Shown piece after piece: positions 54,101-64,000 of a DNA stretch of 64,000 bases. The notes below the pieces were generated by a model. That model saw only the letters and a list, made by a program, of their open reading frames with translations, was not told the origin of the DNA and did no database searches. Position numbers and translations under genes: made by a program. The DNA comes from Dimorphilus gyrociliatus (lineage: Eukaryota > Animalia > Annelida): contig CAJFCJ010000012.1 in the NCBI GenBank assembly GCA_904063045.1, positions 434,001 through 498,000 of the forward strand, read 5' to 3'. Within the stretch, counting starts at the first letter, position 1; the number at the start of each line of letters is the position of its first letter.

Positions 54101-54715
54101 TCCCTCAGGAGAGTTTAAAAGTCGCCTTGGATAAGATTCAGAAACAACAGCAAGAAAGAGAGCAAAGTCTTATGCTACAGCGAGCAGTAATGATGACAGA
54201 TAATACAGGTACTTCTTTTAGATAATACAAAAATTAAAAAAATGTATTAAGATAATATTCTAATAGCACTATTGCATCAAGAAAATACCTTTGAAAATGA
54301 CAAAATTAAAAGTAAAGATAAAAAGACGAGGAAGAATAAGAAAGAAAAACAAGCATTTGAAGACAGTGACGAAGAACAAGAGAATGAAAGGGTAAAAAAA
54401 AAGAAAAAGAAAAAGAAAAGGAAAAAAGAAGCTGATGAGGACACTGATAATGTAGATGATAGACAGGAGGAAAAGAAAAAGAAAAAGAAGAAGAAGAAGA
54501 GTAAAGAAAAAGAAAGCAGTGATGAAGAGAGAGAAGAACAGGAAGATAAGAAAAAAAAAAAGAAAAAGAAGAAAAAACATAAGGAGGAAAGAGACGAAGA
54601 GGATAAACAAGAGAGAGAAAAGGAGAAAAACAAAGTAAAAAAGAAAGAGAAAGAAAAAGAGAAAAAGAAATCGAAAAGAAAAGTCGCAGCAGAAGATGAA
54701 GATAAGGATAAATAA
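51115..54715 (+). CDS. Type I membrane lectin: SP, CTLD1 split by a WSC exon, CTLD2, S/T stalk, TM, long tail ending in a K/E-rich region
   Basis: Exons 51115-51169, 51355-51567, 51658-51936 (WSC), 52424-52567 (EPN), 52639-52881, 52944-53090, then stalk, TM (IIITVIILICLVAIPISIIACY) and tail to a TAA at 54713-54715. Confidence 0.82.
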
Positions 54716-55587
54716 AACAATAAAACTTTAAATTTTGCTACTTTTCTAAATTTTCATTAAGCTGTCTATCACGTTAACTGATTATAAAATGTCACAAGAG
54801 TTGCATGTTAATAATCAACTAATTATCTTCAAAAAAAGGATGGTTATTTTACAAAGAATTTATATATTAAGTATAGGCAAGTAAACAATGAAATATTTGT
54901 TCTATTATGTAGTATTTTCTAGTTGAATTAGAAAAGAAAAATATCAGGCAAAAACAAGAATAGATTGAGGAAAATGCTAAATATAACTTTTAGAATCAGT
55001 AGAACAATAAACTTTCAGTTATATTTTATAAAAAATTAATAGTACATTAATGATTAATTACTTACTTGTACAGTAAGAAAATTTTGATGACTTTGCTAAA
55101 AGAAATTGTAATTTTTAAGCCTTTTCTAGTCTTTTAAGAGAATAAATAAATATTTTTGGAAAGAAACATGTGCATAGTTATATGTGATAATTTATTATCT
55201 TTTTATAAGTAAGTTTTGTGTTACCTAACCTAGATAAAAGTATAAAAAAGACAAAATATATATAAGAGTATTGTATTACAACCAGTTACTGACCAACTAA
55301 GATTTTTATACCTCACAAAAAAAGAAAAGCATATTATAAAGAGTTTATCATCTTCCGTACTTTTGAACAGTTTCCCTAAACAATATATTATTAGGTGAAT
55401 GGATGAGTATATTATTTGCAGTATTTCTTTTCTCCAACTTGCAAAAAATAGACTTCCATTGCTATATTTTGCTTTATAAAAATTACCGCAAGTAAACAAT
55501 TGAGTAATTACATGACAACAGCAACTCTTCTTTTTTCTTACGATCTGAGACTCTTCAGAAACTTCCAATCATGTATAAAACCGAACA

Positions 55588-56914
55588 CTAACCAAATCTA
55601 ACACCATTTAACACTTTTCTATACCATTTATCTATTAACTTCCCTCTATCCTGCTTTTCCTCTTGAAGTTTTCTCTCCTTAAAAGAAATAAAAATAGGTT
55701 ACCACAATTAAAAGTGAAGAAACGAGGTTCTCAATAAAAACTTTGCGTTTTATCAATAAAAAGATTAAAACTTTTATCTAAATATAGCTACTCTTAAGTT
55801 CTAAAAGTCCAGAAAGCGAACTCTAATTTAGAAAGTGTAAGCCAAGGAGGGAACACTTATCAAAGATAAAAGTAACCAAAAGGAGCATCGTATAATAATA
55901 ATAGATAATATAAATTTTTTCCAAAATGATTTTTATATTAAAAAAAAATTGGGATTAACGTTAAATTTTCCCGATAGATGGCGAAATTTAATCAGACTAT
56001 GTAAATAATTTTTACAAGATTAACTTGCGTAAATAATAAATAAGCTAATGACAACGGTCGAAGAAATGTTGGACTCTTAAATACGTTGATATATAAAAAC
56101 CATATAATCATTTTCTCTTCTGTGTAAATTACAAATACAAAATAAGTCAAGTAACTAAAATACTGTTTTCAGTAGAATTAATATATTTTAACTATTTAGT
56201 TTACTTTTTAACATTATCACTTACTTTTATAAGCAAATACAAAAATGTTTGGAATAACATGTATATAGTGATAAGGCATATTTCATACAAAAAAGTATTG
56301 CCTCATAACTTTTTATTCTAATGATTAGATATCATATTGATTACATTCCTTTAATAAAAATCTTGTAAAATAAACGATTAATTCTATTCAAGTAATTTTA
56401 AATGAAAGAAAAATGAAAGATATAAAGATTTTTTTTAAAAGATTATTTAGTTTATAAAATATATTTATATTTACTGTTTCTATTGTCTTTTGCGATTTTT
56501 CACACCAAATCATCTTAAATGTATTTTTTGCCCAAATCTCTTCTAAACCTGCGCAGCATTTGTACTTGCATAGTTGAATGTTTTGAAATGATTTTAAACC
56601 CAATTTGCAGCAGATCTGTAAAGAAATGAAAAATATGGTTATATGGGGGAAATATGTAAAATATAATACGAAATCTAAGCTTTATTTATATATTTATAAA
56701 ATTTTATATATAGCTTGTTTAAATATAGAGTTATTTGTAAAGATTATATACATATATACATTTTCTAAGTGTTATACATGTTGTTGACATATCTCATATG
56801 TATACGTATATGCCAAGCTTTTCTTTAAAATATAAAGAAGTATACCTGATCTTCTGAATATGAGAAAGAGATGAGAAGAAAGAGTAAAAATAGCGTATCC
56901 GATTTTGGCGACAT
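55588..56914 (-). CDS. Cys-rich RFamide precursor B, 99 aa; exons 56914-56846, 56615-56475, 55677-55588
   Basis: MSPKSDTLFLLFLLISFSYSEDQ | ICCKLGLKSFQNIQLCKYKCCAGLEEIWAKNTFKMIWCEKSQKTIET | ERKLQEEKQDRGKLIDKWYRKVLNGVRFG*. Both introns are phase-0 GT-AG. Confidence 0.85.
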
Positions 56915-57685
56915 TCTCCAGAGACTTTAAATTAATATTTATAACGAGGCAAGTATACTACTAAATATAAGAAAGAGCTACGCCTGCGCAGACTCTGATT
57001 GGTCGAGAAGATATCTTTATCTACTGTCGGTTGATTACGCAATTTTCATTTTTTTTGCGCTAAAAGCTAAAACTTGTTTAAGTGGTCTGCGTTCAATGTA
57101 AAAAGTAAAAGCTATTATTAACGTATTATATATGTATTATATGAACATGTATTCAATGTATATGTATAGTATACAAATGCTATTTGTATAAGAATGTATT
57201 TAGATTATAAGCACGAATTAATCAAAAATTATCTGTACGTAAATTTTTATTATTACTCTTAACGGAAGTTTCCAAACTATTTCACTTTATTCTGGGATAC
57301 TGACGAATATTAACTTTATTCAACAAAGAATAAACTAAATAAACCTTTACTTCTTTCGTACATTCAATTTCTGTTGAAGTCAAATTAATTATACTTTATT
57401 AATAAGATGAATATAGAAATTAGCTTTGTAGATTGTAGATTTGTTGATATTTCTACTTTTATTTTATTAAATTAACTTTTGAGGTCAGAATGACATATTT
57501 TTTCTCTTTATTACGAACATTGATCATTCCTTTTCCATAAAAAGAACAATAAGTTTATTGGTACTATCACGTCGTTTCTCAAAAAAATTCTCTGGTAATA
57601 TCAACGAAAATATATTTTCATCGAACTATCTAATGTAGAACGGGAATGTAAATCTTTCACATAATAATATCGTATCATTCGTCAA

Positions 57686-59066
57686 TTAACCAAATCTAAC
57701 ACCGCTTATTAGCATTCTATACCAATGTTGAATGGACTCGGCCCGAGCTTTCTTTTCCTGCTTCAATTTTGCTTCCTGCAAGGAAAAATAATTATTAATA
57801 AAAGTATTAGAATAATTCAAATATTCCACATTTTTGTTTATCTATTAAAAGAGAAAAATACATTGAGTATCTATTACCTTTAATAGTGTTTCTGCAGACT
57901 TATCGCACCACGTTATTTCAATATTAAAATTAGCCCAGTGTTCGGTCAGACCATCGCAGCATTTATTTCGGCAAAGTTCAATCTTGTATATATATTTTAT
58001 TCCCAAAGAACAGCATTTCTGAATGAAATAAACAATGGAAAGGATAACCGCAAGAAAATAGAAAAGTCTTGAATTACGACAACTATAGGTTGAATAGTTT
58101 GTTTATAATGAAGAAAAAATAAGCAATAATGATATCTAAGAATAAACAGATTGCCATAAAAATTTATTAGAGACTATTTTTTAAGATTAGTGTCTATTTT
58201 TTTCTTGATGCTTGTTGAATAATGTAATTTAAAATATCCATTGACGAAACATATAAAGACAATATATTGATTGGCATTAAATAATTTACGTAATTATGGA
58301 ACCACTAGTAACTTCAAGAAGTTGCTTAGATTTAGATAAGCTACACGTGTAAAGAGATTATAGTTGATACCAAAAATTAGTGCAAATTTGTAATACTTTT
58401 TTTATGTCTATAAGTGTATATGTGAGTGTGTGTGTGTGTGTGTGTATCTCTAAATGTATGATTACATTGAATAATATTAAAAAGTACACTATTGCACAAA
58501 AGGCTGCTATATTTTTTGTTACACATCCCTCTTTTTCATCAAAGTTGAAAAGGTAATGTTAACAATCTTTAAATGCATTTTCTCAATTAGGAAACTAGCC
58601 TTTTTAATTCACCAAAAGGAACTCTTTTCATTATTATTAGTTATTTATTATAAACTGATTAAATGTTATACTTTTAATATTTTGTTAAATAATCAAATAC
58701 TATGTAGTAGTTATAAAGATTTTATAGTAACACACTCTCTTACGTTTGCTTTTCTATATATAAAATAATAGGTAGGTGGCCATGATGACTAGATGTTAAA
58801 AAGGAAGTTGTAAAAAAAAAGGTTAAGAAAGAAGTAATAGACATTGAAATACAGACAAAAGGTTTTAGATAACAAAAATTGATTATAAAAGTAGTATATA
58901 TAAGATAAACTTTGCTCAGATTTGTATTAAAAAAGTTAAAAGTTTGAGACCATCATACGATAGATTTATCTTTAAACATTAAGCTCACCTCTGACGAAAC
59001 ATAAGTGTAGCTAGAAAACAGACAAAAAAAAAAGACTGCTGACCAGGTTTGAGAGAACATTACCAT
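57686..59066 (-). CDS. Cys-rich RFamide precursor A, 102 aa; exons 59066-58989, 58018-57878, 57775-57686
   Basis: MVMFSQTWSAVFFFCLFSSYTYVSSE | KCCSLGIKYIYKIELCRNKCCDGLTEHWANFNIEITWCDKSAETLLK | EAKLKQEKKARAESIQHWYRMLISGVRFG*. Exons 2 and 3 (141 and 90 nt) are the same size as in paralog B. Confidence 0.85.
58426..58445. repeat. (TG)n microsatellite in intron 1 of RFamide precursor A
   Basis: Direct TG run. Confidence 0.85.
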
Positions 59067-60762
59067 CTTTGAGAGATTACTGGGAGAAACTTATTTATAT
59101 GTGTATGAATATGTTAATAAATACAAGCCCTATGCTTATTGGTTTGAGGACTGTAGCAAAAATATAGACGCCTAATAATCATAATGTTTTAGACTGTGTT
59201 TAACTAGTCAAATATAGTGAGAATACATTAGCAATGTCCATAAATTCAAAGTAAAATCTAAAAATAAACTTATATCACTATTAATACCTTAAATTACGGT
59301 AGTTACAATAGTTTTCTTAGTTTCACTTCAGAATGTAAAAGTGAATGTCGTTTAAAATAATTTTATCTTCCTTTTCTCTTTGTAATATTTCTACTTTTAA
59401 TAGAATAATATGAAAATACGGTAAATTTGGAACTAGGTAAAACATTTGCTAATCAAGTTTCCAAGAATATCCTATTTGTGACTTTCCTCTATAGGAGAAT
59501 ATAAAGCTCAAAAATAATTAGTAAAGGAACATGACAATCAAGAACAAAAAAATTATAATGAAACTTTGTTACTTCTCATTATCGACATTAATTCGCAATG
59601 CTGAAAACAAGATATTTTTCACCTGCAGCAACTAATTTAGAAATGAATTCACCTCTAAATTAAGAACTGGATTATGAATTAGACAAAAATATTTAAATGA
59701 CATAATTACAATATTTATTCATAACCAGTCTATCTTAAAATTAGATATTAGACATAATCATTTCAATAAATAGATTTTATTCGCGTTCATAATATTTGTT
59801 AACAGCTTATAATTTATAGTTCTGAAGTTCTCTATTAATATTATTGAGTTCATTTAACCTTTATTTTGAATAAGAAGTGAAAATAGCTATTCAGCAGTTT
59901 ATGATGTAATTTTTTCTTTGATCTTCGTTTTATTTAACAAAAATACTACTTTTGCATGTTTTATATACTGTATATATATATGATATATATAAATATGGTA
60001 TTTTCAGATGTGTAGTCTGTACTATGTAACGTAAAGGACAGTAAATATTTCATCTTTAGCAGATGATTTCCTTGTTGTTATATATTAGATAAAGAGCAAA
60101 TCATAAGTTTTCATACTACTTTAAAAATTTTAAACCTATCCCACACGTATCTATATATAATAGATGGCGCCTGTATCTCAACTATGTTTATTCTAGGAAA
60201 GATACTGGTGCTATAGACCACATACCAAAAGTAATTTAAAAAATGAATATACCATTGTTATTATCATAGTCTTATCATATATAGCTCATTGTAGGTATTT
60301 AAATTTTTGAACCTGGATATTGTTAACTGTTTTATCTATATAATTTTAATAAAATACTGTATAAGATTTTGAATATTGTAATTCGTTTCCAAATGTTAGT
60401 TATTATAGTTAAATATGTCCTAATTGCACATATATAGTATACTATAAATAAAGAAAAAACACTAACAATTAGAGCACGGAATATATACTTTATGATGCAA
60501 TTGATTATTATACTTGTAGATATTCTATAATACAAACATTCTCTTTAGTATTATTTAGAAAAATATTAAAATATATACTATCGTCTAAAAGTGGGTGGAT
60601 AGTCGTTAATTCTTCGTTAGTCTTCAATCACTTTTAGCCTAAAACTTTATTGATAGTTTAATTACTCAATTTGTTTATTCATCAATAACGCCCACTTGTA
60701 TTTATATACTTTGAAGTTAATTAGTAAACTTCATTTGAAATTGATTACTATTCAAGAAATCA

Positions 60763-61742
60763 ATGCGATTTGCTGCTGTCGTTTTTTTTTTCGGTAAATG
60801 ATCATTTCTGAAACAATATAAAGCAATTATAGTTGGATAACTTTTTCCTTTTTGCAGTAAGCTTCCTTTTGGATAGTTGCGTCTCTCACGACGTCTTTTG
60901 TCCTATAGGATACGAGAGATTTTACGAATCGTGTTATAAATATGTTCAGTCCAATCAGCCCCTAGATTGGGGGGATGCAAGGGCAAGATGCCAGGCTCAG
61001 GGTGCAGATCTAACTTTTATACAGAACGACAGTGAAAAAGTTGTTTACTTTTCCTTAACAATTAAATTTGAGTTTAATAACTTTTTTATATAATTACAAA
61101 ATTATATAGAAATGGATAGTTCGAAATCTAGAAAAATTGAATACAACATCAAACGGAGAATATATTGAATGGTGGATAGGTTTAAAAAAGGAGGGAAACG
61201 ATTGGAAGTGGACGAATGGAAACACCTATTCCGAAGGGGAATTTTTGTAACTATACTCTTTTAAGAACAATAATTAGCACTAACAATTGTTTCTTTTCTC
61301 CTTTCAATTATGCGGTATTTGATTCCATAAAGAAAGTGGAAAAATGGCAGACCTCGCGACGAGCAAGGTGCTGATTTCGTCTTAATAGAATTTCGAGGAG
61401 AAATAACTAATTATAAAGCCAATAGACCTAATGTAGGCTATATATGTAGAATACATGGAGGTAATTATTTGTATCTATATTTTATTTAAACTCTATATCA
61501 TTAAGACAATTGGAACAGATAAACCGCAGCCTTGTCCAAGGACATGGGAACACTTCCAGGATGATTGCTATAAACTAAATGAAGGCAATTTGAAATGGGA
61601 TGATAGTCAAAAAAACTGTGATAATAATGGGGCAGATTTAGGAAAGATAACAGAAGATTTACAGTCAGGAATTAGTCTCAGTTACGCTAAAGTAGCAAAA
61701 AAAGATATTTGGATTGGCCTTAGATCAAGAATTCGAGGAAAT
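60763..61742 (+). CDS. Secreted or membrane multi-C-type-lectin protein, 5' part only
   Basis: Signal peptide, CTLD1 (CPIGY..FYESCY, WWIGL, WKWTNG) and the N-half of CTLD2 (CPRTW..FQDDCY, IWIGL) ending at a GTGAGT donor at 61743. No continuation exon found. Confidence 0.78.
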
Positions 61743-62074
61743 GTGAGTAATAGATAATTTATGTTTCTCCTAATAGAGTATACAATGAAAAAGCCACTTG
61801 TTGTTATAAAATATTAATCATTATCAATTAATTATCTAAGCGAATCGTTTAGTAAAGACAAACGATTATTTTATTATTCTACTCCCACTAATTGATAAAT
61901 AGCTTAACTATCATACAAAGAAATTTTTTCTTATTTATATGTCTTCATCTTTTTATCATATTAATAATCTAATTAATTATCGGTAAGGTCATTCTTAGCA
62001 TTTTTTTATTAGATCTATAAACTGTTACTACTCTTACAATAGATTCGATACAAAATAATATTGATAAGGGATAA

Positions 62075-63819
62075 TTATTTTCTGCCACCACGTTTATGCA
62101 ATCTGAATGACATGTAGTCTATGAAATTAAAGAAGAAAAAATCGATTATTTCAAGCAGGCTTAATATAGTTGATCCCAATATCAATCCAAAAGCTCCTCC
62201 CACATCGGATAAAAATGCTAGTCCAGTATAGCCTTTCTTGTCAATTATTTCAGACACGGTCAAAGTTGAAAAGTAGACTTTAAGTATACAATATTGATTT
62301 AAAATGAATTTTCTCGTTTGTCCTAATGCTTCACTGTTAAGTTTATCCATAAAAAAATTTCCAGCTGAATTATGCGATATTGTTTTTAAATATTCTGTTG
62401 TTTTACACATTGGTAAACAATTACATTTTTCTACCATTTGATTGTTAACGTAGTCAAAAGTTTTCTTATTTGCGCATTGCTGTTCTAGTACGCTACATAT
62501 TTTGGAATTCCCAATCATATATATGTCCTTGCAATGACATTTACCAATTACATAATCTGATAGACATTTTAATTTACAATTTTTAACTGTGTAGTTACTG
62601 TCAGGATTACAATTGCCATAGGGTTTAGGAAGGTTAGATTTCCTAATGACAGAAAGAGCAATATTAGTTTGAGTTCCAGGACTTAAAAAAACTGATTCGT
62701 CATCTCTTAATGGTAAATCACTCTTGTCATGTACGAATACCTAAAAAAGAATTAGTATACACAATTGGCAAAGGTGTCTTTGTATATATATACTGTACAT
62801 ACTGTATATACTGTATATACAGTATATATCAGATTGTATTGCAAGATCAGAAACAAAAGCACTGATAACCAAATAATTTAACCATCTTAATGAAACAGTT
62901 TGACATTTTAACTTAAATTTTGCATTTAATGAGATCAAATTCTAGTTTTAAGGATTTTGAAATATCAATATTTAAATACACGGATTTTTGTTATCGAAAT
63001 AGCAATACAATGAGTAAGATTAGCATTTAAAATTTTACTCTGTATCCAGCTGCAGGTGAATTTAGAGTAAAATAATCTTGTTGTCCAACAAATAAGAGCA
63101 TATCAAGTGCGAAAATAGAACCTTCTTGGCTTATTTTCCTTGATATATTATCATTATTAAACTGATAGCATAAACCCAAATCAGTTATAACAGAAGTTAT
63201 GTTTTCTCTGCTGCATGCAGTTTTCTTGAAAGTGCACTGAAAGTTTATAACAATCTGCAATAAAGATTGTTTCTATATATCCAAGTTTCTATTACCTGTT
63301 GTAATTCAATTGCTGATCTAAATGGATAAAGTTTTTCGTAAACTTCCTTAAACGTCGTGTTCCCTAATGTGTTAAATTTTCTTTTTTCTGCTTCAGTTAA
63401 TTCAGGAGCCAAAGGATTATTTATAGTCTCAAAAATTTCTGTTAAATCTTTAAAGAAAAATGAAGTATTTTCAATAATATATTAAATCTGCTTAAGAACT
63501 CACTGAGAATCTCTGCTACCTTTAGTAGATAACGATTTTCCGAACATATAGTAATTGTTGGAAAAATAAGCGATTTTTCATATCTATATTTAATATCCGT
63601 TTTAGACTTAAAAGAATAGTACGCTTTTGTTCTATTAGTTAGTTGAAAAATCATGAAACATAATCCAAAAAGAACAAGTATAGACCATGTTATTCTTCTC
63701 TTTGTAGAATTATGAGATGAAAGAAATCTTACACCCTTAAAACTTGATACTGCAAAATAGAAATCTAATTTTTTTGACCAGAATATTTTAAAAGTATCGC
63801 TTTCCAATTCTTCTTCCAT
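62075..63819 (-). CDS. DEG/ENaC (ASIC/FaNaC superfamily) channel subunit, 4 exons
   Basis: TM1 W...., FPTITIC, GLCYQFN, Cys-rich thumb (CHC, CNC...C) and TM2 LSDVGGAFGLILGSTILSLLE. Confidence 0.92.
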
Positions 63820-64000
63820 ATTAACTAAAAGGAGAAGCTTTTTCTGCTGAAGTGAATCAGAGAGTAGCTACACTTGCACTGAGTGAAAATTTGTATTTGA
63901 ACAACAAAGTATGTTTGTACTTAATGTCTTATAAAATAATAATGCGAAAGCAACCTTACTGTTTCCATGACGCACCTATTCATTATTAAAATGTTTCCAA

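Noticed and set aside
54269-54720. Phe/Leu/Ser-rich minus-strand ORFs that look like membrane proteins
   Set aside because: Reverse complement of the K/E-rich exon.
55230-55568. 112-aa minus ORF containing SCCC
   Set aside because: It starts just after the stop of RFamide precursor B, so it is most likely 3' UTR; non-ATG start.
1-64000. Prokaryotic features: CRISPR arrays, operons, defence systems, rRNA
   Set aside because: The sequence is intron-rich animal DNA, and the only long tandem array is an in-frame coding repeat without spacers.

Overview
Very AT-rich, gene-dense animal DNA with mostly 45-100 nt GT-AG introns. An allatotropin peptide of the earthworm tetradecapeptide type points to an annelid, and the tiny introns suggest a compact genome such as Dimorphilus (inference). 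I built the gene models by hand-splicing. In order: two orphan secreted proteins, an orphan GPI-type protein, a membrane-anchored Cu/Zn SOD, an intronless tau/MAP-repeat protein, a divergent SLC28 nucleoside transporter, an LRR membrane protein, allatotropin and an orphan class A GPCR. Next come a ~14 kb hybrid mucin (PTS repeat, NIDO-AMOP-VWD, EGF arrays, 4 SEA, TM), a C17orf98/DUF4542 homolog with a neighbour carrying three copies of its N-terminal motif, and a C-type lectin receptor with a WSC exon inside one lectin domain. The window ends with two paralogous Cys-rich RFamide precursors that the ORF track does not show as genes, a partial multi-CTLD lectin and an antisense DEG/ENaC channel. 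The strongest candidates for novelty are the RFamide precursor pair (55.6-59.1 kb), the WSC-in-CTLD lectin and the MUC4/SEA hybrid mucin. No database search was possible. I saw no rRNA, tRNA, CRISPR array or intact transposon.
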